Positions 36,679 through 46,386 of a stretch of 61,751 nt of DNA are shown one piece after another; within the stretch, counting starts at the first letter, position 1, and every line of letters starts with the position of its first letter. Position numbers and translations under genes: made by a program. The stretch covers positions 1 to 61,751 of IMG/VR virus record IMGVR_UViG_3300009149_010511; one strand, written 5' to 3'. Source of the DNA: a virus. Taxonomy: Duplodnaviria; Caudoviricetes. Under the pieces are notes generated by a model, which saw nothing but the letters and a program-made list of their open reading frames with translations, searched no databases and had not been told where the DNA came from.

Positions 36679-37356
36679 ATGCCTGATATATTTGCCGAGA
36701 TTTCTGATATTCAAGAATATATTGACATATCTGAAAAGGCGCATGAGGATCTTAAAACTACTCGACTGTCTATAGCTTCTCCTTTAGTAATGGCTTTGCG
36801 TAAAGAGCAAGTTGTTCTAAAGCAGGAAGAAGAAAAAGTAACTAAGATTAAGCAGCGCCTAATGCAGTTAATGCGTCAAGGTAATTACGAATTAGTTGCT
36901 AGAATAGTGCGGCAGGTTAAAGGCTCTGAATCTTTTGATGATATTCAAGGTTATGTTGATGATCCTGCAACGTTCTATAAAGATGTGCAACAAGTAGTAA
37001 CGTCTCAAGGATTAGATGTTGGTCAGTATACAGAAAGCTACAAAAAGTTTCTTAGAAGTTTTCTTACACACTTTAGAACATCTATGGAAGATTGGGAACA
37101 ATGGCAAGTTGAGATCTTTATGTTTGAGATAGAGATAATATCAGTGTTCCTTTCTTATAGAACAGTTGATGGCTCTATTACAGAAGATGAAGTTATAACA
37201 CAGCTTATTGAAAACCTTAATCCTTATGATCCAGATATCTCTAAGTCAGATGTTTTCCTGAAAGGTGCATTTATAAAAGATGTAGCTACTTTAGGCATTA
37301 TTGGAATGTTAGCATTAGTAGCTGCGGCTTACATGTCTAAGAAGGGAGCTAAGTAA
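36679..37356 (+). CDS. Hypothetical protein with C-terminal TM anchor
   Basis: ATLGIIGMLALVAAAYMSKK. Confidence 0.72.
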   Translation: MPDIFAEISDIQEYIDISEKAHEDLKTTRLSIASPLVMALRKEQVVLKQEEEKVTKIKQRLMQLMRQGNYELVARIVRQVKGSESFDDIQGYVDDPATFYKDVQQVVTSQGLDVGQYTESYKKFLRSFLTHFRTSMEDWEQWQVEIFMFEIEIISVFLSYRTVDGSITEDEVITQLIENLNPYDPDISKSDVFLKGAFIKDVATLGIIGMLALVAAAYMSKKGAK

Positions 37357-38225
37357 TGATATACGCCATTAAACCTGCAAGTACTTACACAGACTTAGTT
37401 CCTACTAAGGAAAAGATTAGCAGGTTAAGTCAACAGGCATATGAAAGTAAGAAGTTTTATAAAGATTTCTTAGTAACCTTTGCTGAGTACGCACCTAGGT
37501 TAGGTATACAGAGATTCACTGGATTGTTTGAGAAGCTATTTGAGAAAGGAAAGATTGTTGTTTTCTTTACGAAAAGGCCACCAGAAGAATTAACATACGG
37601 TGCTTATTACAATTCAGCCTCTAATATACTGTTTGTTCCTTATACTACATTCTATCAAGGAACATATACAGTTAACTTTGTGAAGGCTTTATCTGTTATA
37701 GTACATGAATTAGCGCATATGGTTTATGCTAATAAACCATTCTTAACTATAAACACATTCAAGGATCTACTGAGAGTGTTTTATAAATATTCTATTACAC
37801 TTTGGATCAAGAGTCAGAACATTGTTGTTAATCAGGAATTAAGAGATGACATAGATGAGATGGCTGAAAGGTTTTTCATTACAGCTGATGCCGGTCTTGC
37901 AACCGTGTTAATGGCTAACCTTGAGGACTTTTATAAAGAAAAAGGTTTCCCTAGAGAAGTTAGAAAGAGCGTTGACGATCTTTTAAACATACTCTTTATT
38001 ATAAGAAGCGGAAAAGCTCTAAAAGAGAATCACAAACGTTTAATATGGATCTTAATTAAAACCCATTCAATGATATCTGGAGTTGATGTTAAGACTTATT
38101 TTAAAGCAGATGCTGGAATTCCTTATCAGGAATTCTATTTCCCCTCTGAAATTATTTCGTTACAGTCACAAGTTAACCAAGCGGTCCGAGTAAAGGTACT
38201 TGGTATCGTAAACCGCATTGTTTAA
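37356..38225 (+). CDS. Putative zincin metallopeptidase
   Basis: GAYY...VIVHELAH (HExxH) with downstream YQE...SE. Confidence 0.6.
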   Translation: MIYAIKPASTYTDLVPTKEKISRLSQQAYESKKFYKDFLVTFAEYAPRLGIQRFTGLFEKLFEKGKIVVFFTKRPPEELTYGAYYNSASNILFVPYTTFYQGTYTVNFVKALSVIVHELAHMVYANKPFLTINTFKDLLRVFYKYSITLWIKSQNIVVNQELRDDIDEMAERFFITADAGLATVLMANLEDFYKEKGFPREVRKSVDDLLNILFIIRSGKALKENHKRLIWILIKTHSMISGVDVKTYFKADAGIPYQEFYFPSEIISLQSQVNQAVRVKVLGIVNRIV

Positions 38226-38242
38226 AAGGAAGGTAATTACTC

Positions 38243-38662
38243 ATGGCTAGAACAACAAATTATTTTGAGACTAGAGCTAGTTCTGGTGATTTCACAAAGA
38301 TCATAGATAAAGAAACTATCTTAACATCAATACGTAATATCATAACCACTCCCAAAAATGCTAGAATCTTTTTACCAGGATACGGAGTAGACCTTTACAA
38401 GTATTTGTTTGAACCTTTAGATGACATAACTCGAACACAACTAACAACAGAATTATACAGAAATATTGCTACTTGGGAAGACCGAGCAATTATTAATGAT
38501 ATAACTGTAGAACAAGATTTAGTCAATATGGCATTACGTGTTAACATTAGCTTTTCTTATTTAGGGGATGATTATGAAGAGCCAATTACGTTGACTCAAG
38601 ATGTGTGGGAAGAAATTAAGACCGATTTTGAAATCCCAATCTCAGAACAACTGGGGCTTTAA
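38243..38662 (+). CDS. Baseplate wedge subunit, T4 gp25/GPW family
   Basis: SIRNIITTPKNARIFLPGYGVDLYKYLFEP...IATWEDR. Confidence 0.92.
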   Translation: MARTTNYFETRASSGDFTKIIDKETILTSIRNIITTPKNARIFLPGYGVDLYKYLFEPLDDITRTQLTTELYRNIATWEDRAIINDITVEQDLVNMALRVNISFSYLGDDYEEPITLTQDVWEEIKTDFEIPISEQLGL

Positions 38663-39717
38663 ACTTTTCTCTTTTTCATAGCATTGTAATATCTATATAG
38701 AGCGATAATACAAATGTAAGCAATCTTTCTTTTGGAAGAGTCTGCTAACGTTTTGTATCGCTCTTTCAGTATATCGTTCTCTTGCACTTTCGTGTGAACC
38801 AACTCAAAAAACGCTTTCCGTTCATTAACTAATTCTTTACTTCGGCTAAAAGCGGTTAGAACAGTATTTTCAGGTTCTAGGTTTACGACTCGGGCAAGGG
38901 CTGGAATTAGAGTTGGAATGTCATTTGTATCAAATGATACCAAGACGTAATAAGGGTAAAGGGGTCGTACTCCTAAGTTCTTTGCAAGAGTGGTAACAAT
39001 GTCCTTCTTGAACTCGTTCTTTTCATTTATAAACAAATTCAATATATTAGATAGTCTACTATCAACGGATTCGGCTTCCGTTCCTTGACCATCAGAAACA
39101 TCATCACCTTCTTTATCTTTACCCTTTTTTGTTTTGTCATACATATCATAATATTGTTTAGCGAGTGCTTTCATTATCTGAGATGTTCTATTGCGTGATT
39201 GCGTTATTAAATCCTCAAGGATGCTAAACTTGTCTTCGCCTTTTTTAAGTTTTTCGTTTACACGATTATTTAAACCTTCTGCTAAGACTTCGATTACCTT
39301 AGAGATAGATCCATGCTTAGTAAGGTAAAACTTCTTTGATAAAGAAGCAATAGTCATTTCAAACACGGTTTCATCAAAGCCTCTAGGGAAGCTTCTCCAC
39401 ATAGCGGTATTCCAGAATTTATAAACAAGTATGTATAAACACTTTTTGGAGTAGTCGATATCTTGTCGAGCAACCTTTGGGTATTTTGTTAAGTATCTAA
39501 ACAATGTAAGGTAAGGCCAGAACACGTTCTCCTTTCTCTTAGTAAGAGGAGTCCTCATTTTTACTTGTTCATAAACTTTGTCGAAGTCTTTAGTAGGGAA
39601 GTCTTGTTCGCGCATTAATTCAGTCACAACTGCATCAGACACTGAAAACCTTTTAGAAGGTTCATTTGCGATTAGTGTCACTTTATTATATAGCTTATCA
39701 ACTTCCTTATCAATCAT
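38659..39717 (-). CDS. Hypothetical helical, basic protein
   Basis: GGAG SD; 352-aa ORF; stop overlaps the convergent gp25 stop. Confidence 0.75.
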   Translation of the reverse strand: MIDKEVDKLYNKVTLIANEPSKRFSVSDAVVTELMREQDFPTKDFDKVYEQVKMRTPLTKRKENVFWPYLTLFRYLTKYPKVARQDIDYSKKCLYILVYKFWNTAMWRSFPRGFDETVFEMTIASLSKKFYLTKHGSISKVIEVLAEGLNNRVNEKLKKGEDKFSILEDLITQSRNRTSQIMKALAKQYYDMYDKTKKGKDKEGDDVSDGQGTEAESVDSRLSNILNLFINEKNEFKKDIVTTLAKNLGVRPLYPYYVLVSFDTNDIPTLIPALARVVNLEPENTVLTAFSRSKELVNERKAFFELVHTKVQENDILKERYKTLADSSKRKIAYICIIALYRYYNAMKKRKV

Positions 39718-40475
39718 TCTGACTCCTCCGAAGAATATTCCGCATTTATTGTGTTTTCTGATATTCCTCTTTCCTGTAGGATATCAAGCAAGCACTGTCT
39801 AAAAGATTGATTAGCATTTAGAATACAGCCTGTATAATCTGAATTATAGGATACTCCTGGTATTGTATCAGGGTCTACAGTTCTTTTGTCAAACACCATT
39901 CTAATAAGTATTGCATCAGGCAAGCGATTAAGAAGTGAAAGTACCTTAGGCGCTAAGTCAAGTTCATATATTTCATAAGGTGCAGGATATAGGTTTTTAA
40001 ATACATTGCCTCTTTCAGCACATAATATTAAAATAGCTTCAATTAACTCATCAGTGATAGATAGGTGATTAGGATCAGTTTCAAGTAAGCCTAATCCGAT
40101 GATAGCAGGTATTTCTTTTAACCAATCAAGATCTGTCCAATCACCCCACTTGTAATAAATTAGTTTCTTTGCAAGAGTAGACCATGGTTCAAAGTTATCT
40201 GGAACAGGTTCTTTTAGTTTACCAGGTTCGTATGTTAAAGTGTATTGAATTTCTTTAATTGTATGTATAAAAACATCATTCAATCTATAGCGTCTACTTC
40301 TTTCCTTTGTATAATCTGTTTCACTAAACTTATTAGCATAACTCGCTTTTGCAGTTTTACTACTAATTAAGTATTCAATAAGCTCTCCGAAACTCCAAGG
40401 CTCCGCTATTATCGACCTATGTGTTGGTTTATTCGGAGAATATCTTAATTCAGCTACAGGTTCCCAATTAGGCAT
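39714..40475 (-). CDS. Hypothetical protein
   Basis: AGGAG SD, 253 aa. Confidence 0.75.
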   Translation of the reverse strand: MPNWEPVAELRYSPNKPTHRSIIAEPWSFGELIEYLISSKTAKASYANKFSETDYTKERSRRYRLNDVFIHTIKEIQYTLTYEPGKLKEPVPDNFEPWSTLAKKLIYYKWGDWTDLDWLKEIPAIIGLGLLETDPNHLSITDELIEAILILCAERGNVFKNLYPAPYEIYELDLAPKVLSLLNRLPDAILIRMVFDKRTVDPDTIPGVSYNSDYTGCILNANQSFRQCLLDILQERGISENTINAEYSSEESE

Positions 40476-40495
40476 TTTTTTTCTCCTACGTATAT

Positions 40496-40822
40496 TTAAA
40501 TACTAAGCTTTGCTGGTCGCTTCCTTTTGGTGAATATGAATTCTTCCTCATTAGTTACAAGCAATTTTTCAACTGTTATGTTCTGTACGTCATCAACACA
40601 TCCATCAGATGTATAGCAATTAGCAGGTTCCCAAGCTTCTTTTTCGCGAATCAAGCATAATTTTGCTCGAAGGATATGTTCTTCACAACAATGAACTTTA
40701 CAATCCCTATACCTCTTAGAAGATTTATTAAGCAATGTCAACTTATAAGCCGAAGTGTTCTCACAACCATCGATTTGGCACTGATAATAAGTTGCCCCAT
40801 TGTGAATTAATTTGTTCTTCAT
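40496..40822 (-). CDS. Zn-finger small protein, array B (FIFTKRKR)
   Basis: CQIDGC...CCEEH. Confidence 0.68.
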   Translation of the reverse strand: MKNKLIHNGATYYQCQIDGCENTSAYKLTLLNKSSKRYRDCKVHCCEEHILRAKLCLIREKEAWEPANCYTSDGCVDDVQNITVEKLLVTNEEEFIFTKRKRPAKLSI

Positions 40823-40842
40823 TATACTAATGCAACGCCTTA

Positions 40843-41151
40843 TTATATTGATTCAGAATCTGCAATTCCTAAAATTCTTAAAAGGTCAAACTTTCTCGGA
40901 CATATAACATTGCTTAGTTCATCATCGTCATCTATAATATGTAGCTTGATATCGAATACATCTCTTAAAGGTGCATTGGGTGTAAAATCTATTGAGCGCT
41001 GTAATTCTTTTACTAAAAAGTCTTTAACTAGTCTAGGAAAACATTCTTCACATACAGGTTCCAACACAGTCTTGTGTTTCCCCGTTAAATAATATTTAGC
41101 AGGACGTCTCTCACAACAATAACACATTCTCTTTTCATGTAACATAGACAT
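40843..41151 (-). CDS. Zn-finger small protein, array B
   Basis: CYCCE...VCEEC; tail VICPRK. Confidence 0.68.
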   Translation of the reverse strand: MSMLHEKRMCYCCERRPAKYYLTGKHKTVLEPVCEECFPRLVKDFLVKELQRSIDFTPNAPLRDVFDIKLHIIDDDDELSNVICPRKFDLLRILGIADSESI

Positions 41152-41491
41152 TTCCTCTTAGCAAGTTCTGTTTCCTAAATGGAGTTTCAACATGCTTCTT
41201 GTTTGCAAAGACATAGAAAGCTAGAGCATTAATAGGTGCGTGTGTGATATCAAATAATTCTGCAGGTGTATAACAATGCGAAGCCATGCTAAACTCGTAG
41301 CTAAACCCGTAGTTAATAGCTTGGCTCAAACAGTTCTCACATACATTATAATTCATGTTAGGTTGTTTGAGCCAAATACTGAATAAAGCAATTAGAGAAA
41401 ACTCATCACACAAGTCACATATAACATGTTTTCCCGCAGGAATAATTTCTTGTCGTATCCAGTTTTGCATTTCTTGATGTGTTGTATACAT
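41135..41491 (-). CDS. Zn-finger small protein, array B (YVFANKK)
   Basis: CDLC...VCENC. Confidence 0.68.
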   Translation of the reverse strand: MYTTHQEMQNWIRQEIIPAGKHVICDLCDEFSLIALFSIWLKQPNMNYNVCENCLSQAINYGFSYEFSMASHCYTPAELFDITHAPINALAFYVFANKKHVETPFRKQNLLRGNVYVT

Positions 41492-41778
41492 TATTCGTGG
41501 TGCCTCAGTAAACTGTATGCTCTAAAACCAAATACAAACTTTGCCGTCATTGCTTCAAGACCTAAAGGACTTTTCAAGATATGTATTTTGACTCCATGCA
41601 AAGGTTCTTTGTTGTCGCCTTTAGGAATGTCGTCACGACCTCTTAACGTATAGTAAATAGCTTTAGCACATCCCCTTTTTCCACAACAATAAAAAGAAGC
41701 TGTCCCCTGTTCCTTACTTATGAAGGTGTCTATTAAGATACTAGCTTCTTTACAACAAATATGACAACGATTTATCAT
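41491..41778 (-). CDS. Zn-finger small protein, array B (FVFGFR)
   Basis: CHICCKEAS...YCCGKRGC. Confidence 0.68.
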   Translation of the reverse strand: MINRCHICCKEASILIDTFISKEQGTASFYCCGKRGCAKAIYYTLRGRDDIPKGDNKEPLHGVKIHILKSPLGLEAMTAKFVFGFRAYSLLRHHE

Positions 41779-41831
41779 TCGTGGTACCTCAGTGAATCAA
41801 CTAGCTTGGAACCACATCTAAACTTTGTCAT
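41775..41831 (-). pseudogene. 18-aa mini-ORF MTKFRCGSKLVDSLRYHE, degenerate duplicate of the 3' end of 41491-41778
   Basis: ATGA overlaps at both ends; DNA similarity TTCGTGGT(G/A)CCTCAGT at about 41495 and 41778. Confidence 0.6.
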
Positions 41832-42133
41832 TTTTGTATCCCTACTCCAAGCATCTCCCTCATAGAGCGTTTCCTAGGAAACATTTGGAAAGAAAAAAGC
41901 CCATCATTAAACGACGAAATGTTAATTACTTTTAATGTATCTTCGATAGAATTAAATCCTCCCGTAGCTAACGCCTCTCCTAAGACTATCAAGAATTGTT
42001 TCTGCAAACATTTGTCACAACAACAATAACGTCGGTTCGCCATATTTAACATTCCTGTTTTTCGCTCAACAAAATGTTGAGCTGCTGCATCTTTGCATAA
42101 GTGACATTTAATATCTTTACGCGTGTTTAGCAT
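41828..42133 (-). CDS. Zn-finger small protein, array B (MFPRKR)
   Basis: CHLCK...YCCCDKC. Confidence 0.68.
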   Translation of the reverse strand: MLNTRKDIKCHLCKDAAAQHFVERKTGMLNMANRRYCCCDKCLQKQFLIVLGEALATGGFNSIEDTLKVINISSFNDGLFSFQMFPRKRSMREMLGVGIQK

Positions 42134-42142
42134 TCACGTTCC

Positions 42143-42421
42143 TCATTCAAGACTATAGCATTTTACAAGACTAAAAGGCTTTTTGCCAAAAATAAACTTA
42201 GATAGTCTTAGTTCTTTGTTAAATATTTTTATTCCAATAGTTTCTCTTTCTTTTTTAGTGAGGGCAACTATATCAGCGATAGCAACTATATCAGCGAGGA
42301 TGGCTCTATAGCACTTAGGAGATGTACAGCAGTGATAAATGAAGCTACCATCTACTGAAATACCAAAAGATGCTTCTTTCCTGCAGATTGAACAATCACT
42401 TGCCGAGCCATGAAAACTCAT
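42143..42421 (-). CDS. Zn-finger small protein, array B (FIFGKK)
   Basis: CSICRKEAS...HCCTSPKC; paralog of 41491. Confidence 0.68.
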   Translation of the reverse strand: MSFHGSASDCSICRKEASFGISVDGSFIYHCCTSPKCYRAILADIVAIADIVALTKKERETIGIKIFNKELRLSKFIFGKKPFSLVKCYSLE

Positions 42422-42643
42422 TTATTTATTTATTTCTCCTTCATCCTCTTCTGGTACTTCAAAATAATCGCCTACAGGGAATACTTCTCTAAGGGACAAA
42501 ATGAAATGATCGATATCACAAAACATTCCAATTCCGATAGGAGAAAGTATAAGAGTGCAACACAGTGCAGTTGCGAAAAACAAATAAAGCGAAATCAATG
42601 TAAGTTTACACATAGCATGTGCAAATACTAAAACCTCTTTCAT
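42422..42643 (-). CDS. Small membrane protein
   Basis: Hydrophobic N-terminal half, acidic tail. Confidence 0.55.
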   Translation of the reverse strand: MKEVLVFAHAMCKLTLISLYLFFATALCCTLILSPIGIGMFCDIDHFILSLREVFPVGDYFEVPEEDEGEINK

Positions 42644-42864
42644 TCTTTTTCCTCAACAGTTAATATTATTTTCCTAGGCACATCAGTGTACTTGAGGGTA
42701 GGGACTAAGTCGATTGGAGGAGATTTAAACCTGCAAACGAGATGGTTGTCTTCATGTCCACCTCTCCATAAGAGCCGTCCTTGAAAATCAAACTGCTCCG
42801 GTCTTTCTTTAAAAATAACACAGTCGCCATCCTCGTTCCGTGCAATGTATCCTTCGAAGTGCAT
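42640..42864 (-). CDS. Hypothetical protein
   Basis: GGAGG SD; YIARNEDG...F.ERP...W pattern. Confidence 0.65.
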   Translation of the reverse strand: MHFEGYIARNEDGDCVIFKERPEQFDFQGRLLWRGGHEDNHLVCRFKSPPIDLVPTLKYTDVPRKIILTVEEKE

Positions 42865-43082
42865 CTTACCTCCTCTGTTACTTCATCTACATCTTTTTGT
42901 GTAACCCTTGACTTTGTTAATAGTGTCTCAAGGATGTGCTTATCAATATCTACTCTTATTTGATCAGCCATTAGTTTCATTAGACTGCATTGTATGGAAC
43001 AACTACCCCATACAATACGTTTACATACATTGCAGACATACATGTATGATTCTTTTAGTTTCTTTTCTCGCTCATTTGTCAT
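42705..43082 (-). CDS. Hypothetical Cys-containing protein (3' end overlaps the next gene)
   Basis: ATGA overlap at 43082; CNVC...C...C. Confidence 0.45.
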   Translation of the reverse strand: MTNEREKKLKESYMYVCNVCKRIVWGSCSIQCSLMKLMADQIRVDIDKHILETLLTKSRVTQKDVDEVTEEVRCTSKDTLHGTRMATVLFLKKDRSSLIFKDGSYGEVDMKTTISFAGLNLLQST

Positions 43083-43444
43083 TCTTCCGTTGTCCACTGT
43101 AAGTTGTCTGGAATACTCATAATGGGAGGACAAGCACTATTTGTCTCTAGTAGTATTAGCTCGTCTTCTACCATTAAGAATACTTCTATCTTTGTAAGGC
43201 TTAAAACCTTATGTGTTTTCTTAACTTTAAGTGTATACATATGCTTGGTCTGCCGATTCTTAATAGTTGATGTTTGATAAGTTGCGTATGTATATGTGCT
43301 AGGCAGTTTGTAACACTTATATGCACCTAGTGCAAGTAAACATGCAACAAAAAGACACTGGAGACCTTTACTTGTACTTTCAGTCAAAAACAATACAAAA
43401 CTTACAATTAAAGCAAGGCTGCTTAGGCTTAACAAAATTATCAT
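43079..43444 (-). CDS. Two-TM membrane protein (start revised)
   Basis: AAGGAG SD before ATG 43444. Confidence 0.6.
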   Translation of the reverse strand: MIILLSLSSLALIVSFVLFLTESTSKGLQCLFVACLLALGAYKCYKLPSTYTYATYQTSTIKNRQTKHMYTLKVKKTHKVLSLTKIEVFLMVEDELILLETNSACPPIMSIPDNLQWTTEE

Positions 43445-43445
43445 A

Positions 43446-43820
43446 TCAGTTCTCCTTGTCCTCAATTAAGCATAATCCGAATTCATCGTATAATTCGAAT
43501 GGAGATATATAATAATAATTAACTCTATAATCGGCATAATCGACAGTTTTAGTTTGATAATAAATTTTAACACTTGCTTCATCGTTAGAATGTAATTCGA
43601 TATAATAACAATTCTTACTATTAAGCCTCCAAGCGTGTTCAGCTAATACTGTTATGTTATCTCCTACTAAATGATCGCCTTCAAATTCAATGTAGGGCCC
43701 TCTTTGCCCTATAACAACTTGTACATAGCCTGTAGCGACTAAAGTGTTATCAGCAGTATAGAAATCTCTATCATTGCCTTCTAAAGGAATGTGTAAACGT
43801 TTTTCATAAGAATTATGCAA
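43446..43820 (-). CDS. Conserved-looking phage hypothetical protein
   Basis: GY..VVIG.RGPYIEF...IYYQ.KTV.YADY...YYISP. Confidence 0.7.
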   Translation of the reverse strand: MHNSYEKRLHIPLEGNDRDFYTADNTLVATGYVQVVIGQRGPYIEFEGDHLVGDNITVLAEHAWRLNSKNCYYIELHSNDEASVKIYYQTKTVDYADYRVNYYYISPFELYDEFGLCLIEDKEN

Positions 43821-43839
43821 CTTCCTTAAAACCTCTTAT

Positions 43840-44178
43840 TCACATTTCTTCATCATCTTCATAAAAGTCATCATCGTCATCAATAAACTCTTCATCATCG
43901 ATATCATATGCACCAGGTTCTGCTTCTTTGCCGTCAAATTCTGAAGCTTGTTCATACATCATCATTAGCAAGTTCATGCAGTCAATAATTTCCTCTTGCA
44001 CACGTTCAGTACTCTCGGAAAAGCAAATTGCTGCTTCTAAATTTTCTTGTGTATCTTTAAAACGTTTATGAAGGTCAGCAAAGGACATATCATCCCACCC
44101 ACCTTTATAATCGTTTAACTCAAGCTTTACTTCCATGACGTCTGCTATAGCTGTTATTGACTGCTTTATTTTTCCCAT
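43840..44178 (-). CDS. MazG-like (all-alpha NTP pyrophosphohydrolase) protein
   Basis: KL..N.YKGGW....L...EEIIDCMN pattern; acidic tail. Confidence 0.5.
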   Translation of the reverse strand: MGKIKQSITAIADVMEVKLELNDYKGGWDDMSFADLHKRFKDTQENLEAAICFSESTERVQEEIIDCMNLLMMMYEQASEFDGKEAEPGAYDIDDEEFIDDDDDFYEDDEEM

Positions 44179-44864
44179 TACTTCCTCCTGAGCTTTTTAA
44201 ACAATTTAGGTATTTCAACGTTTTCAACATGCTTTGTCAATAGATTAATAACAAGTTTTTTCATACACTTCGGACATTGATCTATTCTGTCATGAACATC
44301 ATCCATATCTCCTGCACCTGTAGCAACTCTATCTACAGGTACTGATATTGTTTGTACTCCTTCTCGTGCATCACATGAATCACAGCATAAAATTTTTAGT
44401 TCCATGGGTACCTTCTCCTCATCGTCAAAATTTAAAACTCTGGTAACTCTTTTTACAGGGATTGCTATGCTTTTTACAGGGACAACTCTGCTTTTCCTTT
44501 TCTGTGGAGCAGCTTCGGGTATCTTAGGATCATAACAATAAACACTATGCTTTGTTAAAGTAAAACAAATAAGGATTCCTCTGGTTATCAATTTTATAGT
44601 AACGTCCGTCTCAACCTCACTTACAAATTGAAGTTTTATTGTTTCAATGTTCTTCGCTAGTGTAACTAATGAGCAGTTAAATTTCGCTTGTTTATTTAGC
44701 TGCTTCATAAAACCTTTTGTGGGGTAAAGATGAACAGTATCATCAGCATACCGCTTAATAGTGAATACATTTGTTGAACTTAGTTTTGGTTCTACACTTG
44801 TAACATCATAGTGAAAACCTTCAAATTCTAGCCTTCCCCAATCCGTCCCAAACTTTTCAAGCAT
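44178..44864 (-). CDS. Hypothetical protein, probably a fusion of two genes with a C-terminal Zn finger
   Basis: Internal GAGGAG SD and ATG at 44406 (MELKILCCDSC...CPKC). Confidence 0.65.
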   Translation of the reverse strand: MLEKFGTDWGRLEFEGFHYDVTSVEPKLSSTNVFTIKRYADDTVHLYPTKGFMKQLNKQAKFNCSLVTLAKNIETIKLQFVSEVETDVTIKLITRGILICFTLTKHSVYCYDPKIPEAAPQKRKSRVVPVKSIAIPVKRVTRVLNFDDEEKVPMELKILCCDSCDAREGVQTISVPVDRVATGAGDMDDVHDRIDQCPKCMKKLVINLLTKHVENVEIPKLFKKLRRK

Positions 44865-44874
44865 TTAACCTCCT

Positions 44875-45126
44875 CTAATGATCCTCAATAGTGATTATCT
44901 TGCTTGCGCCTAGTGGAGTCCTTACTTCAGTAGTATCGCCTTCTCCCGGAATAAGGACAGACTGCACAGGCATGTCACCTTCATAGTGATGTTCAATCTT
45001 TATTGCTGGCTTCTTAGGATCTTTTTTCGCAAATGTAGGTAAACCGAGCTGCACCCAGATACCTACAACTGTTGCTATAATACCTAAAAGCAAAGCTACC
45101 CTCTTCATTCGTAATTTTCTTTTCAT
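44875..45126 (-). CDS. Small protein with N-terminal TM/signal
   Basis: Basic N-terminus followed by VALLLGIIATVVGIWV. Confidence 0.62.
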   Translation of the reverse strand: MKRKLRMKRVALLLGIIATVVGIWVQLGLPTFAKKDPKKPAIKIEHHYEGDMPVQSVLIPGEGDTTEVRTPLGASKIITIEDH

Positions 45127-45130
45127 AAAG

Positions 45131-45316
45131 TTAAACCTCGAAAACTACTAGTGTGGTGTATGTAGTTGTTATCTTACAATTGGAGTCTACTACAGAACTA
45201 ATTTTTAGTTTGATATCATCAGTTGCATTAGGATCAGCTAACTGTTGAATAAACTCATTTGTCCTGGTAATAACATCGTTAGGGTCTGAACTTGTGAAAA
45301 TTCCTATCTGTTGCAT
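45131..45316 (-). CDS. Small hypothetical protein
   Basis: AAGGAGG SD. Confidence 0.65.
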   Translation of the reverse strand: MQQIGIFTSSDPNDVITRTNEFIQQLADPNATDDIKLKISSVVDSNCKITTTYTTLVVFEV

Positions 45317-45364
45317 TTCGTTGCCTCCTTAGTGTTTACATTGCTTTTTTTATCTGGCATAAGG

Positions 45365-46042
45365 CTATCGTTCATCCATTACCTCAATTATAAGATCACG
45401 TATTCTTCGTGTTGTATTAAATTCAGGCTTAAATAATAAAGTACTTAGGTAGCCAGGAGAGTTTATATGCAGGGCTTCAAGTCCTTTCTTTACTGTACGA
45501 ATAACATACTCTGATATATGCGTATATCTGAACCGATCAGGAGAATGTAGCGTAAATACATTCTCATAGCTGGTAGCACTTTTGTATACAACCTCATCTA
45601 TTGTATTAAAAATATGAAGTGCATTCATCCCTATAGCTTTCAACAATTCCTTATTCGAACTATTGGTAGACCAGACTGTATAAAGACCTGTCAGTATAAT
45701 CATAGGTTGATTATGTGTACACCATGCAGTATCACTCCAAGCAGTATTATGAAAATACTGAAAATTCTTTACGAAGCTGCGGGCAGCGTCGTGGGAGCAA
45801 AAAAGCTCAATTTCAAAGCTTAACCCATTTACTTGCATTTGTAATATATGTTTTGTTGACGTAGGTATGTGCATTTGACTTCCGCCTACACTATTCACAT
45901 ATTGATAATCTGTTTTTATTTCAAGGTTATAATCAAATATAGGTGAGTTGTCGTAGCCTAGATTAATAGTAATATTGTCGGGGATTAAAGGCTCCCCGAC
46001 AATATTATAAGTACAAGAATCAGTTGTAGGCTCGTAGGACAT
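45365..46042 (-). CDS. Hypothetical protein
   Basis: 225-aa ORF coupled to thioredoxin; ends TTRRIRDLIIE. Confidence 0.65.
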   Translation of the reverse strand: MSYEPTTDSCTYNIVGEPLIPDNITINLGYDNSPIFDYNLEIKTDYQYVNSVGGSQMHIPTSTKHILQMQVNGLSFEIELFCSHDAARSFVKNFQYFHNTAWSDTAWCTHNQPMIILTGLYTVWSTNSSNKELLKAIGMNALHIFNTIDEVVYKSATSYENVFTLHSPDRFRYTHISEYVIRTVKKGLEALHINSPGYLSTLLFKPEFNTTRRIRDLIIEVMDER

Positions 46043-46361
46043 CGTCTATTGCCTGCTCATTTACTTGACCATCTATGAAAGTATGTTTTAATTCACCTTG
46101 AACATAAACAAAAGCTGCTGGCAGAGACTTAATACCCATCTGAGCAATAGTATTTGGGGCATCATCAGCATTTAATTTACAGATAGTGATTTTGTCCCAG
46201 TACTTGTCGTGCAACCTAAATAGCGACGGAATAAAGATTTTACATTTAGTACACCAATCAGCATACACATCTATGAGAACAACTCCTTCACTAATCGTTT
46301 CTTGGAAATTGCTATCATCGATATCGATAATGTTTACAAACTGTTTATCGTCCTGTTCCAT
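46020..46361 (-). CDS. Thioredoxin
   Basis: VLIDVYADWCTKCK, KLNAD, GIKSLP; GAGGAGG SD before ATG 46361. Confidence 0.9.
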   Translation of the reverse strand: MEQDDKQFVNIIDIDDSNFQETISEGVVLIDVYADWCTKCKIFIPSLFRLHDKYWDKITICKLNADDAPNTIAQMGIKSLPAAFVYVQGELKHTFIDGQVNEQAIDDVLRAYN

Positions 46362-46386
46362 TGCTGCCTCCTCAAACCAAAGAGCC

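Noticed and set aside
38659-39717. Sigma-like or RNA polymerase subunit call for this helical basic protein
   Set aside because: No diagnostic motif identifiable by eye; needs a profile or structure search
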